From Candidatus Latescibacterota bacterium (lineage in GTDB: Bacteria; Latescibacterota; UBA2968; UBA8231), in NCBI GenBank assembly GCA_965208105.1, contig OZ242318.1:4032001-4096000 (forward strand): 64,000 nt of DNA, written 5' to 3'. The notes under the pieces were generated by a model, which saw only the letters and a program-made list of their open reading frames with translations, was not told where the DNA came from and did not search any database. The translations under genes and the position numbers were made by a program. How positions within the stretch are numbered: position 1 is the first letter of the stretch; each line of letters opens with the position of its first letter. Shown here in pieces: positions 29,201-38,401 of this stretch.

Positions 29201-29425
29201 GACGATCGACTCCTCGATCTCCTCCGGTGTGGCGCCGGGATAGGCCATCGAGACTTCGATATGGTAGAAAGGGGTGGTGGGCCAGGCTTCCCGCTCGATA
29301 CTGGTCAGCGACACCAGCCCTGCGGCGATGATGGCCCACATCAGCAGATTGGCGGCTACGCCATTCCCTGCCATGTAGGCGATGGGGCCGGCTGGTTCGC
29401 TGTGATTGCCGTTGTCTGTACTCAT
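26231..29425 (-). CDS. RND efflux transporter permease subunit (AcrB/AcrD/AcrF family)
   Basis: 1064 aa; YPGATPEEIE, GIVVDDAIVV.E, GVVVNDSLV, RFRPIMLTSLTT. Confidence 0.93.
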   Translation of the reverse strand: MSTDNGNHSEPAGPIAYMAGNGVAANLLMWAIIAAGLVSLTSIEREAWPTTPFYHIEVSMAYPGATPEEIEESIVVKIEDQVSGLDDVKAVKSVAAPGMASVRVQMDFDTDMARALDDIESAVNRIQFFPAGAERPRFREMTNRQSMMRLIVYGDVSERALKELAYQIEDDLTTLPSVSQVEVSGVRRYEISIEVPLHRLRALGLTLTDIAHTIRRSSLELSAGSIDTRESQVRVRTLGQNYDQQDFEEIVLLSGRDGTVLRLGDIAEVRDGFQEADLIVRHQNHPAVFVEVYRAEGEQVMDVATTVREHLAEEVIPALPDGVGVTMWNDESQVYEERADLLLKNGILGLLLVLIALSLFLEIRLALWVAVGLAVSGIGALAIMMAFDVAINTISLFSFVLAIGIVVDDAIVVAEHIRYERKRGTPGVTAAIRGVRRIKVPLTFAVLTSVVAFVPLLFIPGGVGDVWRALPIIMIAMLLVSLVESLLVLPNHLSHLHGPEWVPANAFDRFFARLQGRVDALLNRFVQGPLDRALRFATDQPGVTMAAAVGMLVLSISLLPAGIVPTTLAADVEGDIATVVLEMPDGATAPRTYEVAQELEAAGHRVIERLSRGRPGDAPPLLTGVTVTVGQGSRLEGGLNPEPTLNPQANIATIEFKLLGAQQREISTGEVVQAWREEVGVLPYVRGITFSGEVFDLGNPVEAVLSHPDPERLARIADSVVDGLRGVGGVYDIRSDHAPGIPEVQLELRPEARTLGLTLEELAGQARAAFFGAEAVRVQRGREEVRVYVRLPEDERDSITDVESYLVRTPGGAEVPVMSVASLNPGVSPPAIRRKDGQRVVTVTADVDASVISGDAANDILANSILADLTALHPDLTYSFGGEQQQQLESLDALYRGFAIALIMIFALLAIPLRSYTKPFIIMAVIPFGFIGVILGHWVLGVALSAVSFMGIFGLSGVVVNDSLVMIDFIDQKIGEGASARKAIVEGAKGRFRPIMLTSLTTFLGFTPLILERAIQAQFLIPFAASLGCGILITTAILMMVVPALYTIHLRLIASRRRSGAGTA

Positions 29426-30636
29426 GGTGTGGAGTCGATTTCTGTCTGGACCCGCATGCCTTCGGTGGCAAACAGGATCCCACCGGTGATCACCGCCCCG
29501 CCGCTTTCGAGATTACCGGTCACGATTACCCGATCGTCGGCGCGCTGCAGCACCCGTACCGGAACGATACTCACCGCCCCGGCTTCATCCACCAGCCATA
29601 CCACGTTCCCCGGGCGCAATGCTGCTCGAGGCACCTTGAAGTAGCTGTCCAGTGCAACGCCTTCGATCTCCACCTCCACGAAGGCGCCCACCAGCAACGG
29701 CGGGATGCCGCCGGAGCCACCGGAACGGGCCGCCGGGCCGCTAGCGGAAAACGGGTTCGGAACGCGCACGATCACGTCGATGGTGCGGGTTTGCTGGTCG
29801 AGGGATGCCTCGGCCCGGTCGACGTAGCCATCCCGGGCATGACTCCCGCCGCCGTATCGGGTGACCACCCGGGCTGCCACGCGCCGGTCCCCATCGCCGG
29901 GCTTGAGTTCCCAAAGCCCCGGGATCAGGTCGGCGTCGGCATCGGACAAGGGCACGACCACTTCGACGGCATCCGCGGCGAAAAGTTTCCCGACCGGCTG
30001 GCCGGAGGTGACGATTCGTCCCACTTCGGCGGATTCTTCGCGCACGAAGCCGGCGAAGGGGACGGTTACCCTGGTTCTGTGAAGGGCGAGATTGGCCTCG
30101 GCGAGGCGGGCTTCTTCGCGCTTCAGCGCGGCACGGGCGGCCTTTAACTGGGGCTCCCTCAGCGTGAGGGGACTGGCTGGTGGCGGAGAATCCCCACCCT
30201 CATGCCGCTGGGAGTAGAGCTCGTACTGATCGCGGGCGATGGCCGCTCGTTCCTCCTCTTCGAGCAGGGCCACACGTCGTGCGGCGAGATTGGCCTCGGC
30301 CTCCATCACCCGGTAGCGATAGTCCGCCTCTTCGATGCGAAAAACCGCCTGGCCCGCCTCCACCCGGCCGCCGCTCTGGAATCCCGGATCCACCCAGACG
30401 ATTTTGCCGCCCACTTGCGGTGCGACATCGATCTCGGCGCCTGGCCTTACGGTTCCGGCCCCGGATACGGGTATGGGGCCGGAACCGGCGCTGACCAGAC
30501 CGGTCTGCGCGAACGGCGTTTGGGGCGGCGGATCGGTGCGGGCCGGCTCGGGGGCCAGCGAGACCAGAAAAGCCGCCAGGGCCGCGGAGACCACGATAAT
30601 GGCGCCGGCTAAAATAAAGCTGAGAATGCGGGACAT
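29422..30636 (-). CDS. RND periplasmic adaptor (membrane fusion protein)
   Basis: N-terminal TM, lipoyl halves (PQVGGKI; VPFAGFV), coiled coil, VPRAAL. Confidence 0.92.
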   Translation of the reverse strand: MSRILSFILAGAIIVVSAALAAFLVSLAPEPARTDPPPQTPFAQTGLVSAGSGPIPVSGAGTVRPGAEIDVAPQVGGKIVWVDPGFQSGGRVEAGQAVFRIEEADYRYRVMEAEANLAARRVALLEEEERAAIARDQYELYSQRHEGGDSPPPASPLTLREPQLKAARAALKREEARLAEANLALHRTRVTVPFAGFVREESAEVGRIVTSGQPVGKLFAADAVEVVVPLSDADADLIPGLWELKPGDGDRRVAARVVTRYGGGSHARDGYVDRAEASLDQQTRTIDVIVRVPNPFSASGPAARSGGSGGIPPLLVGAFVEVEIEGVALDSYFKVPRAALRPGNVVWLVDEAGAVSIVPVRVLQRADDRVIVTGNLESGGAVITGGILFATEGMRVQTEIDSTP

Positions 30637-30642
30637 GGCGAT

Positions 30643-32187
30643 TTACTCCGTGGAGGTCGGAAGAAACTGGGTGGGGGCGGCGTTGTCCTGCCGGACGGAC
30701 CTTCTGTCGTGGGCCGTCCACGAGCCTCCCAGGGCCCGGTGCAGTGCAAGGCGGGCGAAACCCAGGTCGCGGTTTGCCGCCGCCTGCACCGATTGCGCGA
30801 TCAGGAAGGATTGCGAGGCTTCGAGGAAAGCCTCGTAATCCCCCACTCCCGCAGCATAGCGAAGCTCCTGAAGGTCGGATTCAGCTTTGGCTTCCCGCGC
30901 GATTGAAGCCAGCAGGGAATGACGGCGCCGGCTGGCCTCCAGTCCTGTGAGAGCGGTCTCAACCTCGTTGACCGCGGTCACCACCGAACGTCCGAAGGCC
31001 GCCGCCGTTTCGTTCAGCCTGGCTTCTGCGAGTGCCACGTTGCCGCGCAGCCGCCCACCCTGGAATACCGGCCCGAGCAGGTTCATGCTGAGGTTTCGGA
31101 ACCACTGATCCGGGTCGAACCACTCGCCCGAGTCGGTGCTCTGGAGGCCAATGGAACCTTGCAGGGACAATCTTGGGAGCAGATCCGCGCGGCGGGCGCC
31201 AACGGTGAATCTGGCAGCTGTCACCCGCTGCCATGCCGCGCCGACGTCGGGCCGCTGCACCAGGAGATCGGCCGGGATACCAGTGGGGACAGGCTGGAGA
31301 ACGGAAGATGCAGCCAGGGAACTGGGAAGCGAATCTGCGATGTGTTGGCGGTGACCTCCCATAAGCACCCAGAGCCGCCCTTCGGCATCCGCCCGCAGAG
31401 ATTCGACCTGCGGCAGCCTGGCCTGGGCGTCGCGCAGGCCCCGGCGCGCCAGACGCAGACCGCGCGCATCGATGAGCCCGCGATCGTAGCGAGATTCGGC
31501 CAGCGACTCCAGCTGTTGAAAGATCTCCACGATTTTCTCTGCGAGTCTCTGTTGATGGCGCAGGCTTACGATCTCCAGGTAAGTCCGCACGGTTTCGGCC
31601 ATCACCCCCATTCGGGCATTCAGGTAGTCCCACTCCGAGGCCAGCCGTGCCGCTCCAGCCGCGGCGGCGTCGTTGCGATTGCGGCCCCAGAAGTCGAGTT
31701 CGTAGGCGAATTCCACGTCGGCGTTGTAGGCAGTCAGGCCGAGCCGGTCGGGAAGAACGATGCCGGATGCGCTTTCGGAGTCCGAACCCAACCCCAATTC
31801 GTCCAGTTGCGCTCCGATTCCTGCATTCGTTGGCGCATTGAAGTCGTTGACGCCGACAGTCGACTGAATCGACGGAAACGCCGGAGCTTTGGCGATGCGT
31901 TCCCTCGCCCTGGCCTGATTGACCCGGGCGACCGCCTCGTCCAGGTCGAAGTTCGAAAATATCACCTCCTCGATTACCTGGTCGAGGACTGGGTCGGCGA
32001 ATGTTTTCCACCACTCCAGTGGTTCGTAGGCCCCGTCGATTTTACTGCCGGCAAACTCGTCGGGTAGTCCCGCAACCGGATCGAGGACCGGAGAGTTTCG
32101 GCCTGGTGCGAGAGAGCAGGCGGAGACGAGATAGCCGGCGATGGCGGGTAACAGCAACGCCGGGAGATAGTTCCATCGAACCTTCAT
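30643..32187 (-). other. RND outer-membrane factor lipoprotein (NodT/OprM family)
   Basis: Lipobox LVSAC, WWKTF.DP.L, YELDFWGR, P.DLL.QRPD, ALGGSW. Start at ATG 32187. Confidence 0.92.
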
Positions 32188-32345
32188 CAACCATCCTCGT
32201 GGACTTGATCGACCACTGCGTCGCAGTGGTGGTGGAGGGGGCAGGCGCTCCAGGGGTCGGCTTGGCAGCTGTTTCAGGAGCGGGACGGTCATCAAGTCAC
32301 ATGCGCATGGTTCCATTGCAAGCTGAACTGTTCAGGGGTAGTATC

Positions 32346-32374
32346 AAGATAAAATAACTGTTTTCAGATCACAA
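32346..32374 (-). promoter_or_regulatory. Putative sigma70 promoter for the OMF-MFP-RND-P450-SMT operon
   Basis: Minus strand TTGTGA-N17-TATCTT in an AT-rich patch about 160 nt upstream of the OMF start. Confidence 0.4.
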
Positions 32375-32948
32375 TCGTTGCGTAGATGCACAAATGAAAC
32401 CAAATTGGCAATGCGCCTCCGAACAACAGAATTTGCCTCGGGGTAAAGATCGGGAGTCAGGCCTGGCCCGGCTGTTAAGCTGGACAGAGGAGAAAGAAGA
32501 ACCAGGCGGTCGAAATCGAAGCCCGAGGGATGTCCCAAAATTTTGGAAAACGTGAAAATTTCCTTCAAATAAAGCTGACACCATGATATTTTCCCCCTTG
32601 TCCGAGCCGGTGTCAGGTGCGGCTGATTACCAGGAGTTTGCCGGGGCAGCCGCTGCGAAGGTTGGCGGATCGGCACCGGGAAGCCGGCTCCCGCCGGGTC
32701 CTATGGGATGTCCGCGAAGGGGATGGCGGAACCCGGGGACCGGGGTCTTTTCGACCGCCTGGATTTTCCCCGTGGGGTACAGTCCCGGCCTCTTCTCTTT
32801 CTCAAGTGATCAGGAACTCTGTCGCATTCGAGTTTGGCACAACCTTTTATCCGACCTGGCAGTTCCCGGATTGGACGGCAGACCACCGGGAGGTCATATC
32901 GACCGTCGCCGGGTGCAGGTGTTACCCGAATTCGCCTAGGAGGGCGAC

Positions 32949-34211
32949 ATGAAATCTTCATTGACACTCACTTTCACCTTCGCATCTACTCTGGTCCTGG
33001 GCTCCTGCTCCGACCGCGATCCTGTTTCTCCGCGGTTCGAAGCCGGTCCCCTCGGTGCGGTTGAGATTGGCAAGGATGAGGGGGTGCAGATTCGTTCGTT
33101 GCTCTCCCAGACCATCGTTCCCTCCCTTGGGACGGCTTCGCGTTACAGCATCGAGCTGGCGGTTCGCGACTTCGGCGGCATCCACGGGCGTGAAATCGAT
33201 CTGGGAGACCCCGTTGATGCCATGTGCTCGCCGGAGGGCGGCAGCGCCGGCGCCGAGCGGATCACCGGCGAAGCCCGGGTGCTGGGAGTGATCGGCACGA
33301 ACTGCTCGGCCGCGGCGGTTGCGGCTTCGCCCCTTGTCAGCGCGGCGGGCCTGGTGATGATCTCGCCATCCAATACCTCGCCCGCACTAACTTCCGATCT
33401 CGCCGGCAACGCCAATTCCGACTACCATCCCGGCTATTTTCGCGTTTCCATCAACGATCTCTACCAGGCCCGCGCCGTGGCCGATTTCGCCTACTCGGAG
33501 CTGGGGCTGCGCCGCATGGCCGCAGTCGACGACGGCGACCCTTACACCGCGGGGCTGGTGAGCGCCTTCGGCGATGCCTTCCGCGGTCTCGGTGGTGAGA
33601 TCGCGGCCACCGCCCGGATCGATAAGGGGGAAACTGTCATGACCTCCGTACTTTCGCAATTCGCGGAAGCCGGCCCCGACGGCATCTTCTTCCCCCTGTT
33701 CGACCGGGAGGGCACCCCCTTCGCGGCGCAGACCCGGGAGTTCGATGGCCTGGAAGGAGTGACCCTCATCACCGGGGCGGCCCTGTTCGTTTCCGAGTTC
33801 CTCGCCACCCCGCAGTCCGCGGGAATCTACTTTGCGGGGCCGGAGACCGATCTGGGGTCCAACGTCAATGCTGCAACCGGGAAGCAGGTGGAGGAGGTGC
33901 TCGCAGCATACATGGCCGCTCACGGTGGGTCTCCGGGCACTCCGTACTGGGCCCATTCCTACGACTCCACCACCCTGCTTCTGAGTGCCATCCGATCCGT
34001 TGCCGTGGTGGAAGGCGGGAAGATGTATGTGGATCGAGCCGAGCTGCGACGGGAAGTCGGAGCCACCGAGGGCTTCCAGGGCCTCCTGGGCGTTCTCTCA
34101 TGCGATGATTTCGGCGACTGCGGCACCGGGCGCATCAACATATATCACCACCCGGACCCGGAGGTAACCGACCCGGCGCAGTTGCCGGTGGTGTACCGGT
34201 TCGCCCCCTGA
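32949..34211 (+). CDS. Branched-chain amino acid ABC-type substrate-binding lipoprotein (LivJ/LivK-like), orphan
   Basis: Lipobox LGSC, VIGTNCS, MISPSNTSPALT, YFRV; AGGAGG SD; no adjacent permease or ATPase genes. Confidence 0.85.
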   Translation: MKSSLTLTFTFASTLVLGSCSDRDPVSPRFEAGPLGAVEIGKDEGVQIRSLLSQTIVPSLGTASRYSIELAVRDFGGIHGREIDLGDPVDAMCSPEGGSAGAERITGEARVLGVIGTNCSAAAVAASPLVSAAGLVMISPSNTSPALTSDLAGNANSDYHPGYFRVSINDLYQARAVADFAYSELGLRRMAAVDDGDPYTAGLVSAFGDAFRGLGGEIAATARIDKGETVMTSVLSQFAEAGPDGIFFPLFDREGTPFAAQTREFDGLEGVTLITGAALFVSEFLATPQSAGIYFAGPETDLGSNVNAATGKQVEEVLAAYMAAHGGSPGTPYWAHSYDSTTLLLSAIRSVAVVEGGKMYVDRAELRREVGATEGFQGLLGVLSCDDFGDCGTGRINIYHHPDPEVTDPAQLPVVYRFAP

Positions 34212-34563
34212 TGGTTTGCCAGGGTCCGCTTCCGCATGAGGAGTGCGGGGCGCATTCGGATGGCCGATGATTCCTGACTCACCCTGCCTGTGGCCGGCTC
34301 ATGGGAATCCACCCTTGTCGAGATTCCCAACTCCCCGTCCGACAGGTTCCGGGGTGCCCGCGGTCCGCAGGGGACCGGGGCCGGCAGGACACCGGTGGAA
34401 TGTCTCGGGATGAAAATGGAATCCCCTCCGCCGAGGCATTCCAGCCTGAGGTATTGCGCTCGCTTTCGGACTTGACCAATTTGGGCCTGGCCACCCTTCC
34501 GGGAAGAAAGCCTGTTCCAGCTGACGGTGGTCAGACCTCCCTGGCTGACTCAGGAATTCGAAG

Positions 34564-35703
34564 ATGGCGGAAAAGGCGGGAGAATCCGGCCGCAAGGATG
34601 TGAACTCCGACGGGATTGCAGGGCACCGCGGTCTGCAAGCCTTGCGCGGGGTGGTCCTGCTGCTGGCGGTGGTTCTGCACGCCTCCTCCTTCCTGATTCC
34701 TTTCTTCGGCTTCTGGCCGGTGACCCACCCCTACGCCTGGGAGAGGGGACTCTCCGCCAACATCTACGTTTACATCCTCAGCGCCATCAACGGGTTCGCG
34801 ATGCCCCTGTTTTTCGTGCTCAGCGGGTTCTTCACCGCCTCTCGATGGCAGCACAGGGGACTGCGGGAAATCGCCATGGACGGGATCGAGCTTCTGGTCC
34901 TGCCCTTGCTGATCGGGATGTTCACCATCGTTCCACTCACGCACTGGGCTTTTGCGGGGTTCGACCTTAAATCCTTCACCTGGCCCGAACATTTCTATCA
35001 TCTCTGGATATTCTGGTATCAGTTGTTGATGGTGGCATGGTTCGCCCTGGTTGCAAGGATGGGTTTGCGCTTCCGCCATCGCCTGTGGTGGCTGCTCCTC
35101 CTGCTGCCGGCGGTGCCCCAGTACTTCATGGGACAGACCCTTGGTGCCGACTTCCCGGGGGAGATCATGCCCGCACCCGCCATCCTCGCCTATTTCCTGA
35201 TTTGCTTTCTCCTGGGTGTGTTTCTTCACCAGCGGGGCATTGAAGTTCGGCGGTGGTGGACGGCAGGGTTGCCCCTGGGGCTTCTGGTCATCATGCCTAT
35301 GGCCCTGGCCATTCTGTATGCGGGCAGCTTCGGCGTCATTGACCCGGATGAACCGTGGGTGCCTTTCTCGGCGGCAGCCTTGCAAGTGGTCTATGCCTGG
35401 CTCGCGTGTTTCGGGATGATGGGACTGTTCCGCTGGATTGCGGACCGCGATCGCCCCTGGTCGCGTTATGTGGCGGATGCCGCCCTTTGGATATACTTTG
35501 GACATCTGCCCCTGGTGATTTGGGGACAGACCCTGGCGGTGGAATGGTCTGTCGATCCCCACCTGGCCTTCGCGCTGATCATCCTCCTGGTGACCGGGGT
35601 TCTGGTCCTGGCCTACGCGGGGGGCATCCGCCGTATCTGGTTCGGGAACTTCCCTGCAGCAGCCACAGTCTGCCCATCCCCACCCGAAAACCCTTCCCGG
35701 TGA
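34564..35703 (+). CDS. Acyltransferase family 3 (OpgC/MdoC-like) membrane protein
   Basis: LRGV..LL.VVLH, MPLFFVLSGFF, HLWI, ADAALWIY..HLP; multiple TM segments. Confidence 0.85.
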   Translation: MAEKAGESGRKDVNSDGIAGHRGLQALRGVVLLLAVVLHASSFLIPFFGFWPVTHPYAWERGLSANIYVYILSAINGFAMPLFFVLSGFFTASRWQHRGLREIAMDGIELLVLPLLIGMFTIVPLTHWAFAGFDLKSFTWPEHFYHLWIFWYQLLMVAWFALVARMGLRFRHRLWWLLLLLPAVPQYFMGQTLGADFPGEIMPAPAILAYFLICFLLGVFLHQRGIEVRRWWTAGLPLGLLVIMPMALAILYAGSFGVIDPDEPWVPFSAAALQVVYAWLACFGMMGLFRWIADRDRPWSRYVADAALWIYFGHLPLVIWGQTLAVEWSVDPHLAFALIILLVTGVLVLAYAGGIRRIWFGNFPAAATVCPSPPENPSR

Positions 35704-35743
35704 GGAAGCGCTGCGCCTCCGAAGCCCGTATTGGAGACCTCGA

Positions 35744-37477
35744 TTGACATCCGCCCACTCTAAGGCCGACATCCGCTACCAACCGGACGATCCCTGTCCG
35801 CCATTGCTGGCCCTGATGGTGGGAGTCCAGGGAATCATGATCGTCCTGGCACCGACGGTGTTGATAGTGGCCATTACTCTCCTGGCGGCCGGCCAGGACG
35901 AACGCCTGATGCCATGGGCGGTCTTCTGCGCCCTGATCATCACCGGTGCAGCCACCGTCTTGCAGGCGGCGAGAATCGGACGGCTGGGCGGCGGGCACCT
36001 GCTCATTACGGGAGTGACACCCAACTTCATCGCGGTTTCGGTCCTGGCTCTGGAGGAGGGCGGTCCGGCCATGCTGGCGAGCCTCGTAGTCGTTTCCTCT
36101 CTCCTCTACCTTGCGGTTGCGGCGTGGCTGCCGTTGTTGCGGCGCATCATTACCCCGGTCGTCTCCGGCACCGTGCTCATGCTGATCGCGGCCATGGTCC
36201 TGCCCATCGCATTCGACCGGCTGGTGGAAGTACCCGAAGGAGCACCTGTGTCCGCGGGTCCGGGCGTGGCCGCGGTGACCCTGCTCGTATCGACGATGAT
36301 GATGCTGCGGGCACCCCGGACCTGGCGGCCCTGGTCGCTGCTGATCGGGATTTTCGCTGGCTGCCTGGCCGCGGTGCCGTTCGGATTATACGACTTCAGC
36401 CTCCTCGAGGCTGCTCCCTGGAGCGGAGTCCCCGACAGCGTGTTCCCGGGACTGGAACTGAAGCCGACACCGGGATTCTGGGCCCTCCTGCCCATGTTTC
36501 TGATCGTGATCCTGGTGCAATCGATCAAGAACATCAGCGACGGCATGGTCGCCCAGCAGGCGGCGAGGATAAGGCCCGGAGCCACTGATTTCCGCCTGAT
36601 TCAGGGATCGATCTACGCCAATGGGGCGGGCATCCTCATGTCGGGCCTTGCGGGGACGCCTCCGACGACCTCCTACTCCTCCCTCACCGCCTCACTCATC
36701 AATCTGACCGGAGTTGCCGCCCGCCGCGTCGGGTATGCCATGGGGGGAATTCTGGTGGCACTGGCCTTCTTTCCCAAAGTGACCGGTGTGCTTCTGGCCA
36801 TTCCCAGCCCGGTCATGGGGGCCTTCCTGCTGATCGCGCTCGGCTTGTTCTTCGTAGAAGGGATCCAGACCCTTGCGCGGGCGGGCCTGGATCCGCAGAA
36901 GGCCATCGTGGCGGGGCTGGCGTTCTCGGTCGGCCTGGGCATGAATCACCATAACATTCTGGAGGAAATCCTGGGCAGTCCCTGGGGAACGTTGCTCGGC
37001 AACGGCATGACCATGGGAACGGTGACGGCGATCGCCCTTACCGCTTTCATGGAACTGACCAAACCCAGGAGCCGGCGCCTGGAGGTGAGCCTGATGTTAT
37101 CCGACCTTTCCCGGATCGACGCCTTTCTCCAGGAAGTTGCCGGCCGGGTGGGCTGGGATTCAACCGCGACCGAGCGCCTGCGCTCCGCGGGAGAGGAGAC
37201 CCTCGTGAGTTTGCTGCAGCCGGGGGACGAGTACCCGGCGGGCGAGGCCCCGCGTCTGATCGTTGTGGCGCGCCCCGAGGGAGGGGCCGTGGAGATGGAA
37301 TTCATGGCGGTTTTCGAGGAGGAGAACCTGGAGGACCGCCTTGCCTGCCTGGACGAGCAGAGCGAAACCGTCGACGAGAGGGAGCTGTCGTTCCGCCTTT
37401 TGAGGCACTACGCTTCCTCGGTGCGGCACCAGAAGTATCACGGCCTGGACATCGTTACGGTTCAGGTGACCAGGTAG
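35744..37477 (+). CDS. NCS2/NAT (xanthine/uracil permease-like) transporter with C-terminal degenerate HATPase/RsbW-like domain (SupE-like)
   Basis: TVLQ, ITPVVSGTVLMLI, FFPK...L..IP.PV.G; extra soluble C-terminal domain of about 135 aa. Confidence 0.8.
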   Translation: MTSAHSKADIRYQPDDPCPPLLALMVGVQGIMIVLAPTVLIVAITLLAAGQDERLMPWAVFCALIITGAATVLQAARIGRLGGGHLLITGVTPNFIAVSVLALEEGGPAMLASLVVVSSLLYLAVAAWLPLLRRIITPVVSGTVLMLIAAMVLPIAFDRLVEVPEGAPVSAGPGVAAVTLLVSTMMMLRAPRTWRPWSLLIGIFAGCLAAVPFGLYDFSLLEAAPWSGVPDSVFPGLELKPTPGFWALLPMFLIVILVQSIKNISDGMVAQQAARIRPGATDFRLIQGSIYANGAGILMSGLAGTPPTTSYSSLTASLINLTGVAARRVGYAMGGILVALAFFPKVTGVLLAIPSPVMGAFLLIALGLFFVEGIQTLARAGLDPQKAIVAGLAFSVGLGMNHHNILEEILGSPWGTLLGNGMTMGTVTAIALTAFMELTKPRSRRLEVSLMLSDLSRIDAFLQEVAGRVGWDSTATERLRSAGEETLVSLLQPGDEYPAGEAPRLIVVARPEGGAVEMEFMAVFEEENLEDRLACLDEQSETVDERELSFRLLRHYASSVRHQKYHGLDIVTVQVTR

Positions 37478-37489
37478 GGGAATGGTGGG

Positions 37490-38401
37490 TCAGGCCCGCG
37501 CGGCCTGGTCGATGAAGTCGCGCATCAAGTTCACGCACTCCTCCGGTTGTTCCAGTTGCAGGAGGTGCGTCGTTTCCGGCAGGAAATCGTAGTCAACGGT
37601 CAGGATGTGACTGAGGTCCAGGGTCGGCAGGTACGAGAACGGCAAGGTGGGATCTGCGCCGATGACCTTGATCGGGCAACGTAAGGCCGCAAAATCCACC
37701 AGCACGGCAAATGGGGCGGCGTAATCCACGATCTGCGCCTCGTATTCACGCGGACAGCGCAGTTCATAACCTTGACCATCCTCGCATTCGCGCAGGGTGG
37801 TCCTGGCTACGAGGTCGAAGACCCCGGGCACGGCGCGCTGGAAGGTCGGAATGTAGGGGAGAATATCGGTAAACTCCTCCATGGTGCGGAATCGAGGAGT
37901 GCGCCGCCGGGTCATTGCCGCCAACCGCTCGGCCGCCGCATCGAATTCTTCATAGCTGGCACCGCGCTTGCACAGGGGCGGATCGAACAGAACGTAGGCC
38001 GAGAATCCGCTGCCTTTGGCCGGTGACAGGAGCGTCGTCAGCGCCGAGACCGAGTGAAACACCCCTACTCTCGGTTTTTCCCCGTAGTTGCGGTCGATAG
38101 CTTCGAGAATAATGGCGTGGTCCCTGACGAATGTGGGAACGTTGTGGTTTTGCGGGGGGCTGACGGCATTCCATCCGTGGTTGCGGAGATCGTAAATTAT
38201 CAGGTCGTAATCCTCGGTAAGGAGAGACCAGAAAGGGTAGTAGAGGTCAATGGCGAGACCGTTTCCGTGACTCAAAAGAAGACGCGGACCCTCCGGATTC
38301 CCATGACGCCGCAAAGTAATGATGGTGTCGTCGTCCACCTGGACGTCGCTGGTGGAAAAAGGCTCGGGAATTTCCCACTCGGTTTCTCGAGTCGTCTTCA
38401 A
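37490..38401 (-). CDS. Alpha/beta hydrolase (SupD-like)
   Basis: HGNG, YDLRNHG, atypical nucleophile elbow FHSVS, C-terminal THLL.LEQP; TTG start overlaps the PPTase stop. Confidence 0.85.
   Translation of the reverse strand: MKTTRETEWEIPEPFSTSDVQVDDDTIITLRRHGNPEGPRLLLSHGNGLAIDLYYPFWSLLTEDYDLIIYDLRNHGWNAVSPPQNHNVPTFVRDHAIILEAIDRNYGEKPRVGVFHSVSALTTLLSPAKGSGFSAYVLFDPPLCKRGASYEEFDAAAERLAAMTRRRTPRFRTMEEFTDILPYIPTFQRAVPGVFDLVARTTLRECEDGQGYELRCPREYEAQIVDYAAPFAVLVDFAALRCPIKVIGADPTLPFSYLPTLDLSHILTVDYDFLPETTHLLQLEQPEECVNLMRDFIDQAARA

Noticed and set aside
24112-29644. Long plus-strand ORFs of 733 aa and 817 aa
   Set aside because: Antisense shadows of the P450 fusion and RND permease; long open antisense frames are expected in GC-rich coding DNA and show no motifs.
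32380-32948. Riboswitch or ncRNA in the long intergenic region before the binding protein
   Set aside because: No recognisable cobalamin, TPP, SAM, glycine or T-box consensus; short ORFs there lack coding features.
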